This document shows, in pieces, positions 61,191-64,000 of a stretch of 64,000 nt of DNA (positions are counted from its first letter, which is position 1; every line of letters begins with the position of its first letter). The DNA comes from Torpedo marmorata (lineage: Eukaryota), in NCBI GenBank assembly GCA_977017645.1, contig OZ360223.1, positions 126,914,001 to 126,978,000 on the forward strand, read 5' to 3'. Under the pieces are notes generated by a model that was not told the origin of the DNA, searched no databases, and saw only the letters and a list, made by a program, of their open reading frames with translations. A program made the position numbers and the translations under genes.

Positions 61191-61849
61191 GAAGGTTAAT
61201 GTCCCTGCTGGAGTGAGGGACCTTATTGGTTCATTCAAGATGTAGAATCAATTGTAAGAAAAATAGAGGGTTATGGGTGTGAGGTAGGGAAAAATTAGAT
61301 TGTTGTGGAATAGGTTTACATAGATTAGCATAGATGGGCTGCAGGGCTTGTACTGTGCTGGAAAATTCTATGTTCTATAATGTGTGGAGATTTAAAAAAT
61401 AGTAAGTTACTGGAATAAGTTCTACACAGGGCCTGAACAGTAGTTCTACTGCAGGACAGAACAGAAACCATGAAATAACGAGGACTGCGATACCACAGAT
61501 GATTTAAATTAATTATATATATATATATATAGATATATATAGAAGGTATGTGGAGGTAACATAACCCCATGGCTTGCTTCCAATCCCATCCCCCAAACCC
61601 CACCCACTTACTTGCCCTTCACCAAGGCAACTGGGTAACCCTTACTGATGGGGCCGTGGGTTAATGAGAATCTAAAATACAGCAGATGTTTGAGTTCTGA
61701 AATAAATCAGGAACCATCATAAACCATCAATAACACTTATCAGGTCAGGTGGCTCCCTCTTCCAGTTGTTTCAAAAGTCTTTGAATTAAATCATTAACTG
61801 TTTCTCTCTCCACAGATGCTGCCTGACCTGCTGAGTGCTCTGGCATTAA

Positions 61850-62114
61850 AAAAAAAAATTTAGACATACAGCACTGTAACAGGCCAATTCGGCACTATGA
61901 GTCCGTGCCGCCCAATTTACACCCCATTAACCTACACCCCAGCACATTTTTTTTGAAGGGGGGGAGGAAACTGGAGCCCCTGGAGAAAACCCATGCAGAC
62001 ACGGGGAGAACGTACAAACTCCTTACAGACAGCGCGGGATTCGAACCCAGGTCCGGTCCCGATCTCTGGCGCTGTAAAGGTGTTGCGCTAACCGCTACGC
62101 TAACCGTGCCGCCC
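61850..62114 (-). mobile_element. tRNA-derived SINE (HE1/V-SINE-like)
   Basis: Reverse-strand copy of the 51897-52150 family. Confidence 0.85.
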
Positions 62115-62591
62115 TTTGTCCGTTTTTATTTCAGATAGCCAGCATCATTTTTTTGATTTGCAAGGAATCTGATGGAACGAATTCTAAACGTATTGGTTGA
62201 AGAGGGACCAATGCGGTCATCAAAATCTGACTGAGTTTGGAGGCAAAGATTAAACGCAAACTTATCCTTTGTTATCTGGACAGGCACATATCCCTAACAA
62301 GTTTTATCAGCATGTGGGTGGGAAGAAGCATCCTGCGCTCCCGCTGCCCAATACGTGTGGTCCTGTGGATGTGACGTGTGTTGCAAGTGTGCGCAGGCTG
62401 GGAGTGGGTGACAGGGGAGTGGGATTGCACTGAGCAGCTGTCTGGCACCAACGATCAGTAGCAGAGCCCCTGATCCTGTGTCACTGACACCATGCACAGA
62501 CCTGGTTTGTGCCTCTGTGGCCATTTACCACGAGACAGGACGGCGAACTGGATCCTAATTTAACCAAGGCAGTTTTGGAAGCGTGAATCAC

Positions 62592-62807
62592 CTTCAGTGT
62601 CTTGTCGGTGCTGGCTACCATCTCGTACATGATGTATGAGCCCCTGATGTCGCATAGTTTATCTGCATCACCATGCAGTATCAGCACTGGCGTTGTGATG
62701 GTAGGCAGTACATTCTTCAGACCATTTATTGCATTTAACAGTACAGCAGCGAACCCCACCTTCATAGCTCCATGGTAGCAGAGAGGGTCTTCGTAATAGT
62801 TTGTCAC
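62592..62807 (-). CDS. MGLL: MGLL-like paralog B, penultimate coding exon (216 nt) with catalytic Asp
   Basis: Minus strand tgcag| ... |gtgatt; VTNYYEDPLCYHGAMKVGF...PVLILHGDADKLCDIRGS...TDKTLK. Confidence 0.95.
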
Positions 62808-63044
62808 CTGCAAACAACAAAATGTATTTCATTGTATACTTGGGGCTCAGTGGAAGTAAAGGCTGATCCTGCTCTATCCGTCTCCCACACTATCCCAATA
62901 AGCTTAAATGAATCTCAAAGAACAGCACCTCATCTTCCAACTGGCCACCTTGCAGCCTTCCAGATTCAACACTGAGTTTGCCAATTTCCAATATTGAGTT
63001 TGCAATTCCATTCACACCTTCTCTGCACCCATCTTTTGTATATT

Positions 63045-63690
63045 AAGTAACAGGAGCAGGAGTCAGCCATCTGGCCCATTGAGCCTGCTCCACCATTCAA
63101 TAAGAACATAGCAGATCTGACGTGGGCTCAACTCTACCTACCTGCCTGTTCCCCATAACCCTTAATTTCCGTACTGTGTCTTAAATACATTTAATATGGC
63201 AGCCTCTACTGCTTCCTTGGGCAGAGAATTCCACAGATTCACTCTTCTCTGGGAGAAGCAGTTCCTTCTCATCCCTGTCCTAAATCTACTCCCCTGAAAC
63301 TTGAGGCTGTATCCCCTTGTTCTAGTCTCACCTGCCAGTGGAAACAACCGCTTTGCTCCTCTCTTATCTATTCCTTTCATAATTTAATATGTTTTTGATG
63401 AGATCAACCACCACCCCCCCCCCCCTCCTTCTAAACACCAGTGAGTACAGTCTCATGCAACTCAACCTCTCATCATATTCTAACCCCTTCTTCTCCGGAA
63501 TCAACCTGGTGAGCCTCCTCTGCACCACCTCCAACCCAAGTATATCTCTCCTCAAGTAAGGAGACCAGAACTGCACGTAATACTCCAGAACCCTATAGTA
63601 CAGTTGCAGCAGAACCTCCCTGCTCTTAAATTCAATCCCTCTAACAATGAAGGCCAACAGTACATTTGCCTTCTTGATTACCTGCAAACT
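63045..63690 (-). mobile_element. CR1-clade LINE 3' portion
   Basis: KKANVLLAFIVRGIEFKSREVLLQLY, LEYYVQFWSPYLR, FSQRRVNLWNSLP. Confidence 0.88.
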
Positions 63691-64000
63691 AACACTTTGT
63701 CCCAATTCCCCCACTCTTTTCACCTTGCCTCAACATCCCTTTTGTCATTTAAACCCTCCTGTCTTCCACACTATCAGGAACATTCCTTTTGTTATGCCCG
63801 CCTCTAAAGACACCGCGCTGACTGACTGAGCGTTTCCAGCAGGGATTGATGTTGGGACTGTTACGTACTCAGACAGCAGCAATAGAAATTAGCCCAGACA
63901 GTGTTATATTTAAAATAATATTTTTAATTATTAATTAACTATAATATAACACCTTATCTAATTTATCTAAACTTATCTAACTTATCTACTTAACCCCCAA

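Noticed and set aside
63859-64000. Possible start of another LTR (TGTTACG...) with short ttatcta repeats
   Set aside because: Cut off by the window edge; no second LTR, PBS or coding sequence to confirm it.

Overview
Vertebrate nuclear DNA, most likely from a cartilaginous fish (probably a batoid, inferred from the HE1-like SINE, CR1, Penelope and L1 repeat content). Most of the window is transposable-element sequence. The host content is two convergent (tail-to-tail) monoglyceride-lipase-like genes. The + strand paralog has five coding exons (8401-47994), and its nucleophile motif GHSMG reads AEGLG, so the catalytic Ser is missing. The - strand paralog contributes its last two coding exons (62807-59787). 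Mobile elements include: a Gypsy retrotransposon bounded by inverted rather than direct LTR copies, with a 5-bp TSD and a self-priming-type PBS (2085-6227); a second Gypsy with non-TG..CA LTR ends (34548-39529); two full-length nested L1s and four truncated L1s, one with a twin-priming 5' inversion; an intact pogo/Passer-type DD35D transposon (10865-13025); a Tc1 fold-back derivative; a hAT MITE; Rex1/Babar and CR1 LINE fragments; Penelope fragments with a minimal hammerhead ribozyme; tRNA-derived SINEs; and two 5S-derived SINEs. Boundaries backed by a TSD, TIR or splice site were read to the base; those of decayed repeats are approximate.
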